The notes beneath the pieces were generated by a model, which saw only the letters and a program-made list of their open reading frames with translations, had not been told where the DNA came from and did no database searches. Below, one piece after another: positions 37,686 to 53,484 of a stretch of DNA of 64,000 bases. The first letter of the stretch is position 1, and each line of letters opens with the position of its first letter. Position numbers and translations under genes: made by a program. Source of the stretch: the human T2T-CHM13v2.0 reference genome, Homo sapiens; NCBI RefSeq assembly GCF_009914755.1, contig NC_060938.1. One strand, 5' to 3'.

Positions 37686-39366
37686 GGTACTTGACATTTC
37701 ATGAAGGTAAGCTGATCAATCTTTCATCCATGGCACTCATTAATGTCTCAATTTGAAATGTTGTGAGCTATGAAAAAAAGACAAGGAAGGTAGTGCTTAT
37801 CTACTCATGAACAACCATTATTAACTCACTATTAATCATTGATTACAATTGATCTATTGGCCATGGTATTGTTGTGAACTTTGAAATATATTGTATTAAC
37901 ATTTCTATGAAAATGGTGGTTGAAATTCTGCAGGCAGATAATGCAGTGTTAACATAATAAGTAAAATAATTAATGATAGTGAAGTTGTAAAAGTAAGAAG
38001 GTTCAATGTGCTTGAAAGTCACAGAATTTTGAAAAATGCAAGAGATAAGGAAAACTGATGAACAAAATGTGACAACTTGAGACTGGCTATGCATACTGAA
38101 ATGAACCAGTGACTTTTAAACTAGAATTCTTAGAGTGTACAGCCTACAGAAATGTAAATATGGCTAATACAGGTAACTTTCTAATTTAAATACCTATCAA
38201 AGCTTCTGTTGGAAGAAAACTAGATTTATACATTGTGACATGCTCAAAATCCTTGTCTTCTCCAACACCATCTCCAGTAAAATACTCCTAGCATAAAATT
38301 TATTAAAGTGAATATCTCTGAAATTAGGTTCTTTTGGAATTAAACAAAAGAGACCATGGTTTTCCAGGCATTGTTGTAGATGTCACTTTATAATAAGACA
38401 GATAAGGCAGTCAGTATACAGAGGTTTGGTTTTATGGCCAGAACTAACATTTATTCAATCAATGAGAGAGATCAATTAGAGCAGCATTACTTCTACAGTG
38501 GGAAAATTTCAGAGCCCCTGAAATAGAACATTATTGTTAAATTATCAAATATGTTACAGTTGTTGCTAGTATAATGACCCTTTCTCTTTATCAGAATCAG
38601 GGAAGAAAAAAGCCAAATGGTGACTAATTTATCACCAGGTTCATAACTAAGTTACCAAAAGACTGAAACTAATCAGGTCTGATTTTCAAAATAAGCAATA
38701 ACATTTAAAGCATATTTGAATATACAGATGTTTGGATCACTGATATCCTAAGAATTCTATAGTCTCTGCTGATTTTAAAGTCGAGATTAGATTGTTCTTG
38801 TATACCCAGAGAAGCATAGCTCTAAAGGGAAGGTGTTCTGGGGAAAGAAAAGAAAAAAATGACGTTTTCATCATCACACTGAAAAAGTGCCAACAAATCC
38901 TAAGTAATTTTGTGTTGATTATACTAAATTAGAATAGTGATGGCTATAATCATTTGATCCCTGAGGCATTAATGAAAAATCAGCATTATTTTGTGTGGAA
39001 TATGTATTATTATCCTTGAGCTTAGGAATGATTATTAGTAAGTCTGATTAAATCTGGAAGCAGTGACACAAGCTATCTTTAACCCACCAATGACAGGGCT
39101 ATATTGTAAATTTATGATGAATGAACACAGTTTAGCATTTTTAGCACTTGTTGGGGAAAATAAGAAGTCTGCATTCATTTTCTTGATTAGACTGCAAAGT
39201 AGTACAGAGAAGCTCATAAAAAATTCTTCATAATGAAATAGTGTTCCTACTGATAGATTAACCTATCATAGCTTCCAAAATTCACAGGACTGGTTATCCT
39301 TGTATGATCAAAGATATTATTCAGCAACATTCTGGAGATCATGAATTCCTAGATACAGAAGTATAA

Positions 39367-39822
<456 letters not shown>

Positions 39823-40090
39823 TAGCACAATCCAGTGGAGGTATTTGCTAAAATCACACAGGTTGTCAGAAATACCAGTATTGGAACCCCAGGGTCTTGG
39901 TTTCAAGTCTAATATATTTTCTGGGCCTCAGTTTAGCCATTAATTTTATAATTACAGACAATGTTTTTGCTAACATCTTGAATTCTTTCTTTTTAAAAAG
40001 ATGTCTATTCTGTATTCATAGAAAATATTAGAGATTCTTACTGATCAAATGGATCACAGCAATTGTTTAATTTTAATTTTCAGTGCTAGG

Positions 40091-40800
40091 TAATGGAGCT
40101 CAGAACACACTGACTCAAAATTTGGCATTTGAGGAATCAGCAGAAGGAGGCCGTAGAAACTTGAAAGGAATCTACTTGCCCCTTCTTCCCTGAAGCAGTC
40201 ATGAAAGCTAACTGAATTTTCCCAGAAAATAGGTCATAAGACTATTATATCAGAGGCGTTCTTCCTGTACCTGGAGGAAAAGAATGTCCTTATCTCTGAA
40301 AACATAGGGACACTGAAAAGAATCTGAACAAGTAGGCCTTGCCGTGTTACCCCCAGTTTATTAACATTAGATTGTACTCTTTTGTCCTCCAATTATACTT
40401 CCATGCACGACTGTCCACTCTTTATCAAACCTAAGCATAAAAATACCCAGATTTCCCTGTGTCTTCGGGCCTTCATTTCTGAAGGCTCCTGTGTATAAGT
40501 TTTATATAAATAAATATATGCTTCTTTATGAATGAATATAAATTTTACTTAATATAAATTTATGTAAATTTAATATTTTTATAATTATAAAATTACAAAA
40601 ATGATTGTAATTTTAAATCATATATAAATTTATTATAAATTTATATATAAATTTTAATATAAAATATACTTAATTTTACTTAATATAAATTTACTTAATA
40701 TAAATTATTAAGTAAATTTGTTTTCTCTTATAAATCTGTCTTTATTACAGGAGCCTTATCCAGGAACCTTGTGATGTATGAGTAATCTTTCTCCCCTGTA
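40091..40800 (+). mobile_element. MER34/MER39-family ERV1 solo LTR with internal AT-rich expansion
   Basis: AGAATCTGAACAAGTAGGCCTTGC, TTTCCCTGTGTCTTCGGGCCTTCATTTCTGAAGGCTCC, ending CTCCCCTGTA; perfect 4-bp TSD TAGG; AT-rich block about 40497-40720. Confidence 0.8.
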
Positions 40801-41143
40801 TAGGCAAAATTGTTTCTAAAATCCCCATATAATTTAGGGCAAGTTCTGATCCTTGCATAGTAGCATCTGACACTCAGTAGTAACTTGATTAAATATTAGT
40901 TCCTTTTTTCCTAATTCCCACCCCAAATGCTGTGACCCTCTCTGCACTCAAAAGACAAAATCTTTAAAATTCTTAGTTGATCTGAAATTTGTGTTGATGG
41001 CCTACATTATTTTATTGTTAAAACTATGATTACAGGTGACTAGTCAGTAACAAAACATAAAAATTGTGAAAGTACAGCCAAACCCTGTTTTAAATGCTAG
41101 ATGGAGTTAGTGTTTTGTTTCCATCAAAGCCACAATATTTCTA

Positions 41144-41470
<327 letters not shown>

Positions 41471-42380
41471 AGAAACATAGCTTTGCAACTGAATGGCATC
41501 CCATTCACTTAGCATCATAATGGAATTCTGTTGAATAGCTTAAATTTAGGGCAATCAGAGCCAAAGACTCAGTTACGGAGTAACTGTAGGTCCCGCTTGG
41601 CATGTGACAGATTAGATTCCTTGGAGAAGTTAAATCCAGAAATGAGTCATTTTAATAAAGCAAAACACATAATATAAAGGGTATGGATAAGAAGCTATGA
41701 AAATGCCTAGGATAGACAAAAAGAAAGATATCCTGGGATAGGGAAAGGGACATTTGAACATCAAATTAAGCAAAGCCATGAAGTTTGGAATTTTTCTTGG
41801 CATTTTCTTCCCGTACCCTGCAAATATTAAATCAATTGTCAATCAATTGTCAATTTTACCTTTAACCATTTCTCTTCTTCATGTCTTTCTCCACACGATC
41901 ACTGATCTAGGGTGAGCTCTTACTATCTTTACTTATAATAGGCTAGTTTATTCGCTATTTCTATTTCCAGGCATATCACTCTCAAAACCATCATCCAGAT
42001 TATTTAAAACCTTAAATCTAATCACATCTCCCACTTGCTTGAAACCATTCAAAGTCTTCTAGTTGCCTACAAGATAAGATCTAAACTTATGTTTCTCTGT
42101 GGTCTGGCTTCTCCTTACCTGTGCCACCTCCTCTCATGATGAGCCATTCTGTGATGGTGCTTCAGCCTGTAAAATTGTTTGTGGTTTCAAAAATATTGCA
42201 CTTCATTTCATGCCTCCATACCTTTTCCTCTTCTTGTAATGCCTTTTCATATTCATCTCCAACAGGGTAAGTTCTGCACATAATTCAGTGTCCCTTTTCC
42301 AGTTTGATGTTGCAGCTCTTCCTTCATCTCAAATATCCACTGGATTAGGTACATCTGTGTGTACTTCATCTTATCCATCC

Positions 42381-42869
42381 TGTTAAAGAAAAAATTATAG
42401 AAGGACAATTGTTAAAGCATGGTAGGGAAAGTTTTATTTAGGACCATCATGATAAATATATGGGCCACTGCAATGGAATTGTTTGCAGTGTAGGAGAGAG
42501 AATGGGCTCAACTCTGTATATAGCATGAACAAGTGAGAATTTTTAACCAAGGAACAGAGTAGAGGTCAGCAGACAGACAATGACTAAGAGGTAACATCAG
42601 GAGTAATGGGAATTCTGGCTAAACTGACCTAACAGAATTCTTGCTGAAGACAAACCAATGTGATCAGGTATCACCTGGGAGTTGGTGGAGAATGAAGAAC
42701 TTAATCAGGTATCAAGAGTAATCAGATATCTAAAGTGGGGCAGTTCTTACTAAACTGACTTAGCACACTTCTTGCTAAAACCAGATTTTACAAGGAAGTG
42801 CACAGATGAGCCTAGGAGAAGGTAGAGGGGTCTGACTAAAGTTTTGATCAAGTAAAAAAGTCTTTATCA
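42381..42869 (-). mobile_element. MER31-like ERV1 LTR inserted into an L2 fragment (about 41830-42930)
   Basis: TGTTAAAGAAAAAATTAT...CTAAACTGAC twice...TTTATCA; TSD ATCC/ATCT; L2 tail (GCTCAACAAATGTT) resumes after it. Confidence 0.7.
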
Positions 42870-42984
42870 ATCTTGGTATTTCCCGTTAAGCACAATGCTT
42901 GGAACATAATAGTTGCTCAACAAATGTTGGCTGATCTGATTATAAGAATAACATGGATAGATCATCCTTTGTAATCTATAAGTT

Positions 42985-43923
42985 TTTTAAAAGTTTATTT
43001 TTAATTATTATGAATACATTCCAGTTGTACATATTTATGGGGTATATGTGATATTTTGATACAAACCTGCCATGTGTAATGATCAAATCAGGGTAATTGG
43101 GGTATCCATCACCTCAAGCATTTATCATTTTTTTTGTGTTAGGAACATTATACTTCTGCTCTTTTAGTTATTTTGAAATATACAAATAAATTATTGTTAA
43201 CTGTTATTACCCTGTAGGTGTTACTGAACGCTAGATCTTATTCCTTCTATCTAACTGTGTTTTCGTGCCTTTTAACAATCCCCCTTTTTATGTTCCCCTC
43301 CCCCACTACCCATCCCAGTCTCTGGTAGCCATCATTCTACTCTCCATCTCCATGAGTTCAATATTATTTTTAGCTCCCACATATTATTGAGAGTATGCAA
43401 TATTTGTATTTCTGTGCCTGGCTTACTTCTTAACATAATGTGCTTCATTCCATTATTTCTTAACATAATATGCTTTAATTCCATCTACGTTGTTCCAAAT
43501 GACAGGATTTCAGTTTCTTAGTAGCTGAATAATATTTCATTTTGTATATGTACTTTATTTTCTTTATCCATTCATCTACTGATGGATTCTTGGGTTGATT
43601 TCATATCTTGTCTATTGTAAATAGTGCTGTAATAAACATGGGAGTGCAGATATCTCTTTGATATACTGATTTCCTTTCTTTTGGATATATACCCAGAAGT
43701 GGCATTACTAGATCATATGGTAGTTCTATTTTTAGTTTTCTGAGGAATACTCCGTGCTGTTCTCTATAGTGGCTGTACTAATTTATTCCCACCAGCACAC
43801 TAGAGTTCCTCTTTTTCCGTATCCTCATCAGCATTCATTATTGCCTGTCTTTTGGATAAAAGCCATTTTAACTGGGGTGAGATGACGTCTTATCGTAGTT
43901 TTGATTTGCATTTCTCTGATGAC
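42985..43923 (-). mobile_element. L1MA (MA3-5-like) 3' end
   Basis: TGTAATGATCAAATCAGGGTAATTGGGGTATCCATCACCTCAAGC...GGAGTGCAGATATCTCTTTGA; TSD AATCTATAAGTT/AATCTACAAGTT at 42973-42984 and 43924-43935. Confidence 0.92.
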
Positions 43924-46324
43924 AATCTACAAGTTAATATGTCTGAAAATCTCTCAGTCATCCTATCATGTTTCTACTCTTCAATGGGAAAAATTAATTT
44001 ATCAAGCCAGATTGTCATCTTTTCTTAAAAAATTACATGATATGAAATTCACAGCTTTCCTATTCAAGTGAGTTTTTCTTATGTCCAGCTAGAATCCCCT
44101 TTGGGTTAATATAAGTCTTTAGTGTACGAATTTGAATCTTTGCCTGAGGTGCTACACTGTTGGTTCTCTTAAAAATTTGTGGCATTATTTAATTCAGTAA
44201 AATTTGTGTGGATTGATTTGTATCCTTTGAATAGTTAGTATTATATAAATATCTCAGTCTATAAGACTCATCCAAAACTTTGGAATTGGAAGTCCAATCT
44301 CCTCTCCATTAGAAGTCTTGTCTTGGACATCCAGTCTCTATTTAATCCAATGATATGCTCCCTGATTTATCTACTCAGACTTTTTATTGTTAGTTAGGTT
44401 TATTCTTTATTTTAAACTGAGATCCGTCATCACAAAAGCCATTCCCATTTACCTGTTGTCCTTTGGCTGTATTGCCCTGGTTATATATTACTGGGTTTTG
44501 CTAAATGTTTCCTATCTTTTCTTTCAAGTTAAATCTTTATGTCTCTGTTAGATTATCACATATAAATGTGTAAAAACATAGATATTCCTGCAAAGCTTAC
44601 AAGGAAACAATAAAACAGAAAAGACTTGATCTAACTCCTCCCCACCTCAATCCAGAGCTATTACTTTCACTCTTTTAGTTGTTTCTTCTGATTTTACTTC
44701 CATATTTCCAAACAATGTGGTTATGGTGCTATTTTTATTTTGATGTCTTTACATTCAATACATCAATGTTGATTTTAGGTTTTATTTTATAAATATCCTC
44801 AATTTTATCTTCCAATTCTTTTGTTGAATAAATCTTTGCTAATAAATATGTATATACATATATTTATTATATATGTATATATATTTACATATAAATAAAT
44901 ATATATACATATTTTAATATATATATTTTATTTTCTAAGGGCTTTATGTTGTATTATTTCTTATTTTGATAGCATTCAGATTGCAGTTTTTAAAAGATAC
45001 AAATCATTTCTTTTATCATATTAATGATGAGGCTTTTAAAATCAGTTTTCTATTCTCTGCATTGTATCTCTTTTTTATTCCATTTTCTTTCTTTCTTTTC
45101 TCCTATGTACCTTAGTCTCTTGTTTCATATTTCTATTAGAGCCTATCCTACATTGTCTAGTTAATCTTGGCTGTTTGTTGTCACTTAATAATAAAACTCT
45201 AACAAACCATTAGAAACTGTATAATTATAGCAATTTTCAAAATTATTATTAGTGGGTGAAATTCACTAAATCTAAATAGGTGGGGATCTACCCATTTTAT
45301 TAAGAGACCACCCTCCAAAATGTCAGATCTTTTCTCTCAAGTCATTTTTTTTTAGTAATTCAGTTTCTGAAGTCTTAGTTTTCTCTCTGTGCGTTTTCTG
45401 CATTTAGGTGGATAGCATCTTCATAACAGAGGAGAAAAGGGAGTCTGTTAGGCAGATTGGTCTCAGGGGTCAGTATATAAATTTACACATAATCCTACTA
45501 TTTTTCTTATAACTTCGCACTGCTGTCACAGCCTGAGCCTCTTCAAGTCAGATTCCAATGCTCTTCTTAAACAGATTCTCTGAGTGTGTTTGCTGATTTT
45601 TGCTGCAGTGGAGAGGGTATTTCTCAGTTGATGTGATCCTTATATAGGCTTTTAGTCACTCCATCTGTTTTCAGCCCCACTGCTGGCTCTGCCTTCAGAA
45701 ATATGTGATGCCTCCAAGTTCTCTAACTTTATAGGGTTCTACAGCAAAATATCCTTGTTTACTACTGGCTTCTTTCTCTGTAAAAACTTAGCTTTCCACT
45801 TTTTTCTGTCCTACTGTCAATTACCACACATCTATACACTTTTCATCTTCCAAATCTTGTTGACATTTCTCCTCTGCTATTGTCTTTTCATCCAGTCTCT
45901 TTTGCTACTGCGAACTATACAGCCTTTATTTTTTTCACAACCATTTTAGTAGGATTTTGAAAGAAAATACAGATAGAAAGCTTGTGTTTAGTCCACCATA
46001 CTTAGTGAGAAGTTGCCATAACATTTTTGAAGATTGAATGTACAGTATGGAATATGTTCATTATCTCAGTACCATGTTTGGGCTCATAAAAATAAAAATA
46101 GCAGACATGAGTGTGGCCTTTATTCATTTGTTCAACAGGCTTTTACTGCTTGCCTATCATGGGAATGGCAAGAAACATCATTTCAGTTAACTGAAAGGAC
46201 AAATACAATATTCTTAGTGATCTCCTTCCTTCAGTTCCCCACAGGAAATTTGAGGTTGATAAAACAGCAGCAAAAGCATATTTTTAGAAGATAAAGAGAT
46301 GGTTCGTATGATGTACAGAAGTCT

Positions 46325-46452
46325 ACTTGCTACTCAAAGTGTGATCAGTGGTCTAGCAGCATGCATCCCTGGGAGCTTATTGGAAGTACAGATTCTTAGT
46401 CTCCTCTCTGACCTACTGGAACACAATCTACGTTTTAATGAGGTCCCCAGGG
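46325..46452. mobile_element. MER5-family MITE fragment
   Basis: GCTACTCAAAGTGTG...CCTGGGAGCTTATTGGAAGTACAGATTCT...TTTTAATGAGGTCCCCAGG. Confidence 0.7.
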
Positions 46453-46578
46453 TAGTCTTAAAATTGGTCCAAGGGAAAGGATTTTATTAGAAAAAAAGTG
46501 AACCTTCTTTTATCCCACCTAGGGTTAATGCATAGGAATTTTATCTGTAGTCAAGATCATAGGCACCATGTGAAGTGA

Positions 46579-46887
<309 letters not shown>

Positions 46888-49299
46888 TGAAGTGATTTTC
46901 AAACATAGTTGATCATAAGAACCTTGAAGGGGATTATTTGTTTAAATGTAGATTCTTCTTTCTTTTACATTGTCGTAAGTAATGTAATCAATGTGGAATA
47001 GGGCTGTAAACCTATTTTAAGGGCTTCTGAGATGCTAATCAGTCAGATTTGGGAACTATCAGGGAAAATTTTCAACCCTTTTCATCATGATGTCTCAGGG
47101 ACCAAATATCTTCCATTTGCTACCCACCACTTCCTGCAACTCCTACCAGCCATCACTACAGATGTATCATATCAGATCCTATTTTCTTCATCTTTGCCTT
47201 CTCCTCAAATCATGTATAGTCTTGAGACTCATCTGTTCAGTTGGCAGAGTGTCTTCCTTCTCCCAAGACAACATCCTCGTTTTCATTTTTCCCATTCACT
47301 CTGTGCCACTGCTTACCTCCATGCCCAAATCTCCAGCTCTCTCTTTGCTGGCAGGTGTCATGTTCTGACACTGATTTGGGGTCAAGTCTGGGGTTCTGAA
47401 TCAGGAGCCTGTGTTTGATGGGGAGTAGATGCCAGAAGGCATTGACAAGTGGCACCATGCAGGCGAATAATGCAAGAAGAGTCACCTTGTGGGAAAATTG
47501 ATGCCTGATAATCTGTCCCACCAGGGTGTCAAGTCCGAGAGTGAGAATCCATCAATTAAACTGTGGGACGGACTTTAGAGAGGACAGACTTGAGCACAGG
47601 GGTGTGGAGAATTGGTTATGGAAGAAATTCCCAAGCGAAATGAATATAGTTGGAGGAAATGTGAAGAGGGTGGGGAGTTTCCTGGGCCTCTGCTGGAAGA
47701 GCAGAATGTAAGAGTTGAGAATGTTAAACCAGCTTGCATAACGTTTTGCTGAACAGTTTAATTCAGAAGCCAATTGAGATATCTGTTATTCCTGACAAAC
47801 TTTAAAAGGTTCTAGAACTGGCAAAACAACTAGGTCTGAGCAAAGTGAAAAGACATAGTGTGACCAGCTGGGACAGGAACGCTGCAAACTTGCTAATTAG
47901 TCTGGAGGAAGCCAATTGCCCACATTTTTATGTACTGCTAATTACTAAAGTAGCAGCTTGCTATAAAGACAAAAATAACAGCATGATAGTTTCTTGAATA
48001 TAGGATAAAGTGGCCTTTGGGATGTAGGCTCCATCAACTTTAAAAATATTCTGTAGTTTTTAAACTTAAAGCATACAGTGCCGTAATAAAAATACACTTT
48101 GGAAGTCAGTTATTCACTTTTTTCCATAGGCTGTTAGATGAGAAATTATAGAATATATGGTACCCTGTTGGGAATTTATACTAAAGGATTTTGTTTTAAA
48201 GATACCAACTCTCCATTTGAATACCATTTCTCAGCTCATTTTAAACATTTACCCAATTAAAAAAGCTAAATAAGTGATTTTAAAATGTGTTTTATTTTAA
48301 ATACACAGTGTTTTTTTCTGAAAATGCTTTCTCAACCCAGTTATATCTGTGAAAAGAGAATGTCCTTTAGGAATTTACCAACTTTTCACGCAGTTGTAGC
48401 ATTCATTGTGGGTGTTCAGTAAATATTTGCAGAAAGAATGAGTGAATGAGCAAAGGAATAAATACACAAAACCTTGTGTGCATGAGAACGATAGGATTTC
48501 ACACTTCTAAGGAACAACTGAGAACAACTACTCCCCTTGTATTCTTTTGAGGATGAGGAAATTTAGGCAGAGGACAAGTAACTCCTCTGGGGCCTCACAG
48601 CTGGTTAGGGGCAAAACTGGGTCTGGGCCCCATTTCTTATGTCTATCAGCCCAGCAGTCTTTTCATTTTAAGCTTATTTGTATTCCCTTTAAGAGAATAA
48701 TGAGTTATTTCTGCAGGGCTAATTCTGACCTGAATCATATTAAATCAGCAAAGCCTGGTTTTCTTACACTTTCAAATGCAGAATGACAAAAGTAAAGCAT
48801 CTTTTAAAACAAAACAAAGCCAAAGCAATTGGAGTATTTGGTTTTATTGAGGAGTGATGTTTTCAAAGGCAGAGAAGGGAGAAAAATGGAAACTCTGTGC
48901 CATGGACTTAACTTGAAAGCTAAATGTCAGACTTGATGTAAAGGAGGAAAACCAGCCCTGAGGACCTATAACTGCATAAAAGAAAAAAAGCAGATTTCTA
49001 TTGATTGCAGCAAATCAATAGAAGTTCATGTATTTGCGGATTTATTTATTGCTTGCATTGGTCACTGAAACCTCTAATTAGATTCATAGTGTACTTAGTG
49101 TATTGTAATTATATGTGGCAGAGCACGTTTGATGAAGGTGGATATAAGTAGATGAATATTTAGACCCAGCAATACCACTAATGACTCACATGCCAGGTAA
49201 CATTTCTTTACTTGTAGGACTTATTAAGAAGTGGCTGTGAATTGTCTTCTTAATTAAAGGTTTGGTTACATGACCAAAGAGTTGTTAATAATGGTGCAG

Positions 49300-49490
49300 T
49301 CACTTATCAAATGTGTGATCCCACCTAACTTATTTATAATTCTGAACCTAGTGTTTCTCATATGTACAGATAGGTTCCTAATGACACTTACCACATGGGG
49401 TTGTTGTGAGGATTAAATAAGAGCATGCAAGTAAGGTTTTACATAGTGCATTCCACATAAAAAGCACTCAATAAATGTTAGCTATTATTA
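49300..49490 (+). mobile_element. MIR SINE
   Basis: GGGTTGTTGTGAGGATTAAATAAG...AAGCACTCAATAAATGTTAGCTATTATT. Confidence 0.75.
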
Positions 49491-51194
49491 CTGTTTTCAG
49501 TCACTCCAGGCGAGCTATATTGTAAAAAACCATACTTCCATTGCTTCTTCACTAGAGCCTAGCAAATCATTGTTTTCTACTGGTCTACTATTTGTGGATA
49601 TTTCTACCCCAAGATCCTTTCCCAAGAGGACAATGCAATATAGTTGAAAGATTCTTCTTCACTTGGTGTTCAGAATATTTCATTCAAATTCAACATTCAC
49701 AAGTGCAATTTGTACTCGATATTGTAGACTTTCCAGAAAGGTGAGGTTCATTCATTCAATTGCTTCTTGGCTGAGCAAATTTATATTCTCTTAAATCTTG
49801 ATAAGTCAGTTAATCTTCTCTAAAATTGAGGAAGTTATACTCATTCCACTGGGGTGCTATGAGGATCGGATGAAGGTATATAGCAAAAGTGCTTATTTGT
49901 AAACATCATGTTGTTGAATGAATATTGGTTATTGATATTTTCTGAAGGTCCCCATTCCATGCCTTTTTCAGGGCCCCGTGTAAAGCCATCCCTTCTCTGA
50001 AGCTTTCCCTGACTTCTCTACCTTCCATCTAGATGTCAACTCTCCTCCTTTTCACTCTCACTCCATTTCAGTTGATCTTCCTTGGAATTCAAAATACATA
50101 CTGCCTTGTAGAGCAGTGATTTGTATTTATTTCATTCCTTCTTCTACACTTTCAGAAGGAAGTGTCTACATCTCATTGACCTCATTGTCCCACACAGTGC
50201 ATAACACAGTATCTTGCCTGTAATAATGCTCAACAAATATTTGATTAATGAATAGACAGGCTTTTATGAATCCATGTGTAATGTTAAGTTCTATGAATTA
50301 TGTAGAAATAGTAAAAGCAAATAAAGACTCAATTACAATTTTAACTCTTCAACAAGATGATCAAATCCTTGAGGATTAGAAATTAATTAAAAATGAACTC
50401 ATCCTTTATTCATTCATCCCATTATTTAATAAATAAACATAAATCGAGCACCTTCCAGGTGCCAGATACTATGTTGGATTCGAGGAATTTAATGCAATTA
50501 AAATAAATAGTTTCATCCCATAGAGGTTGCAGTTTGTAAGTAATAAGAAATAAGGAAATAATTCCAAACTTGCTTTTGCAGGATGAATATTTAGAACTTT
50601 CTTTATTAAAAGAGGTCAGTAAAACATTCTTAACTGCTTTTTCTATCCATTATTAATTCCAATAATTTGGTCACTGTTCATTAGTGAGATTAAATTTGGC
50701 TACTGAGAGTAGGTCATGCAAATCATCTTTCTGGTTAAAAAAAGGCCTGTAGCTACTGGGTGAAATTTGCTTTGAATTATTTTTCATAATCACAAGTAAT
50801 TGGGCATGTCGTACTCAGTTATAAATAAATATACAAAAGTACACTGATCTACTTTCCTTAATAATGAGTTTGAAAACCATCGCTATGTTACTTAAACTTA
50901 CTTTTCTTCACTATTTAAAAAGTCCAGAGGGCACAAGTAACCTTCAGAGAATCTTTCCACATTACAAGGCAAAATTATTTAATAAAATTTCTGAACATAC
51001 ATTTTAATTGAAAAGTCATAAGCAATTCTACACTGATGGGGAACCAGCCAATGTGATGCAAAATGAATTTCTCAGTAACTGTTTTGTGTGTAGGTAATTT
51101 TAAGTGAAAGAAATTTTTTTTCTATTGTACAAACCAAGACTAATTTATTCATTGTTGTTCCAAAGCAGCAGAAGCCACCAGAATGTCACATTTT

Positions 51195-52251
51195 ATTTTT
51201 AATTCACAAAATTAAATATACTTATGGTGTACAATATTGAGTTTTGAAATATGTATACACTAGAATAGTGGACTCAAGCTAACATATGTATTACCTCAAA
51301 TACTGATTTTTTTGTTGTGAGAACAATTAAACTCTCTCTTTGCAATTTTCAAGTATAAAATACATTGTTATTAACTGTAGTCATTATATTGTACAATGGA
51401 TTTCTTGAACTTATTGTTCCATCTAACTGGAATTTTGTACCCTTTGGTCAAACATCTCTCTAATCCCACCCGCCTACACCACCTCAGCACCTGGTAACCA
51501 CCATTCTACTCTCTCCTGCTATGAGTTTGTTTTTTTTTTAGATTTCATATATAAGCGAGGTCGTGCAGTATTTGTCTTCCTGAGCATGGCTTATTTTACT
51601 TAACATAATATCCTCAAGATTTGTCCATGTTGTTACAAATTAGGAGATTTTTATCTTTTTAAAGGCTCAATAATATTGGTTGTGTACATATACCATGTTT
51701 TCTTTTTCCATTTCCATTTATGTGTCGATGAACACTTAGGTTGATTCCGTATGTTTAGCCAAGGTGAATAATGCTGCAGTGAATGTTGGACTGCAGATAT
51801 CTCTTTGTCATTCTGAATTCTTTTCCTTTGGATATATACCCTGTATCAGGATCACTGGATCGTATGGTAATTCTATTTTAATTTTTTGAGGAACTTCCAT
51901 ACTATTTTTCATAATGGCTACATGATATATCCCCAACAGCAGTATACCAGGGTTCCCTTTTCTCTACATCCTTGCTAATACTTATCTTTTATCTTTATGA
52001 TAACAACTAATCTATAGTAATAGCTAATCTATAGCTAGGTATAAGGTGATATTTCGTTGTGGTTTTAATTTGCATTTCCCTGATAATTAGTGATGTTGAA
52101 CATTTTTTAATGTACTTGTTAGCCGTCTGTATGTCTCCCTGTAGGAAATGTCTATTTAGATCCTTTGCTTATTTTTTAATTGGGTTATTTGTTTACTTGC
52201 TATGAAGTTGTTTGAATTCTTTATATATTTTAGATATTAACCCCTTATCAT
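51195..52251 (-). mobile_element. L1MA (MA8/9-like) 3' end
   Basis: CCTGGTAACCACCATTCTACTCTCT, TTAATTTGCATTTCCCTGATAATTAG, GATATTAACCCCTTATCA; degenerate TSD AGAATGTCACATTTT/AGAATGACGCATTTT. Confidence 0.9.
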
Positions 52252-52505
52252 AGAATGACGCATTTTAAGACAAGGAATGAATCTTGTGAAAGCTTAATTC
52301 CCTGTCCTAATTCCTCACCCTTTACACCTCCTTGCACTAGACACACTCATTTACAAACTCTATACTTCTACTGTATTCCTATGACTGGAGGGTGTTTATG
52401 AGAAAAGCAGGTGAGCCTTAGAGTACCAGTATATCAATTTTTTTCCACAGTAGGTTAAGGGATTCATGGAGGGACCCCCCCTGCCCCCCAAATTGATTTG
52501 CCTTT

Positions 52506-53270
<765 letters not shown>

Positions 53271-53310
53271 TCAAGAATACCTGTTACATTATAAGGAATA
53301 TATATGTATA

Positions 53311-53420
53311 TATGTATTTATTCATATGGTACATGTGCTTACAAGCAGGAAGCTATTGTGTATATATAAGTGTTATGTATTTACGCATATGGTACATGTG
53401 CCTACAAGCAGAAAGCTATT
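53311..53420 (+). repeat. 47-bp direct repeat, 63-bp period
   Basis: TATGTATTTATTCATATGGTACATGTGCTTACAAGCAGGAAGCTATT at 53311-53357 versus 53374-53420, 4 mismatches. Confidence 0.92.
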
Positions 53421-53484
53421 AATCCTTTCAAGAACCTTTACAGGCATTATTCATTTAATATTGATAAAACCATTTCAAATGAGC

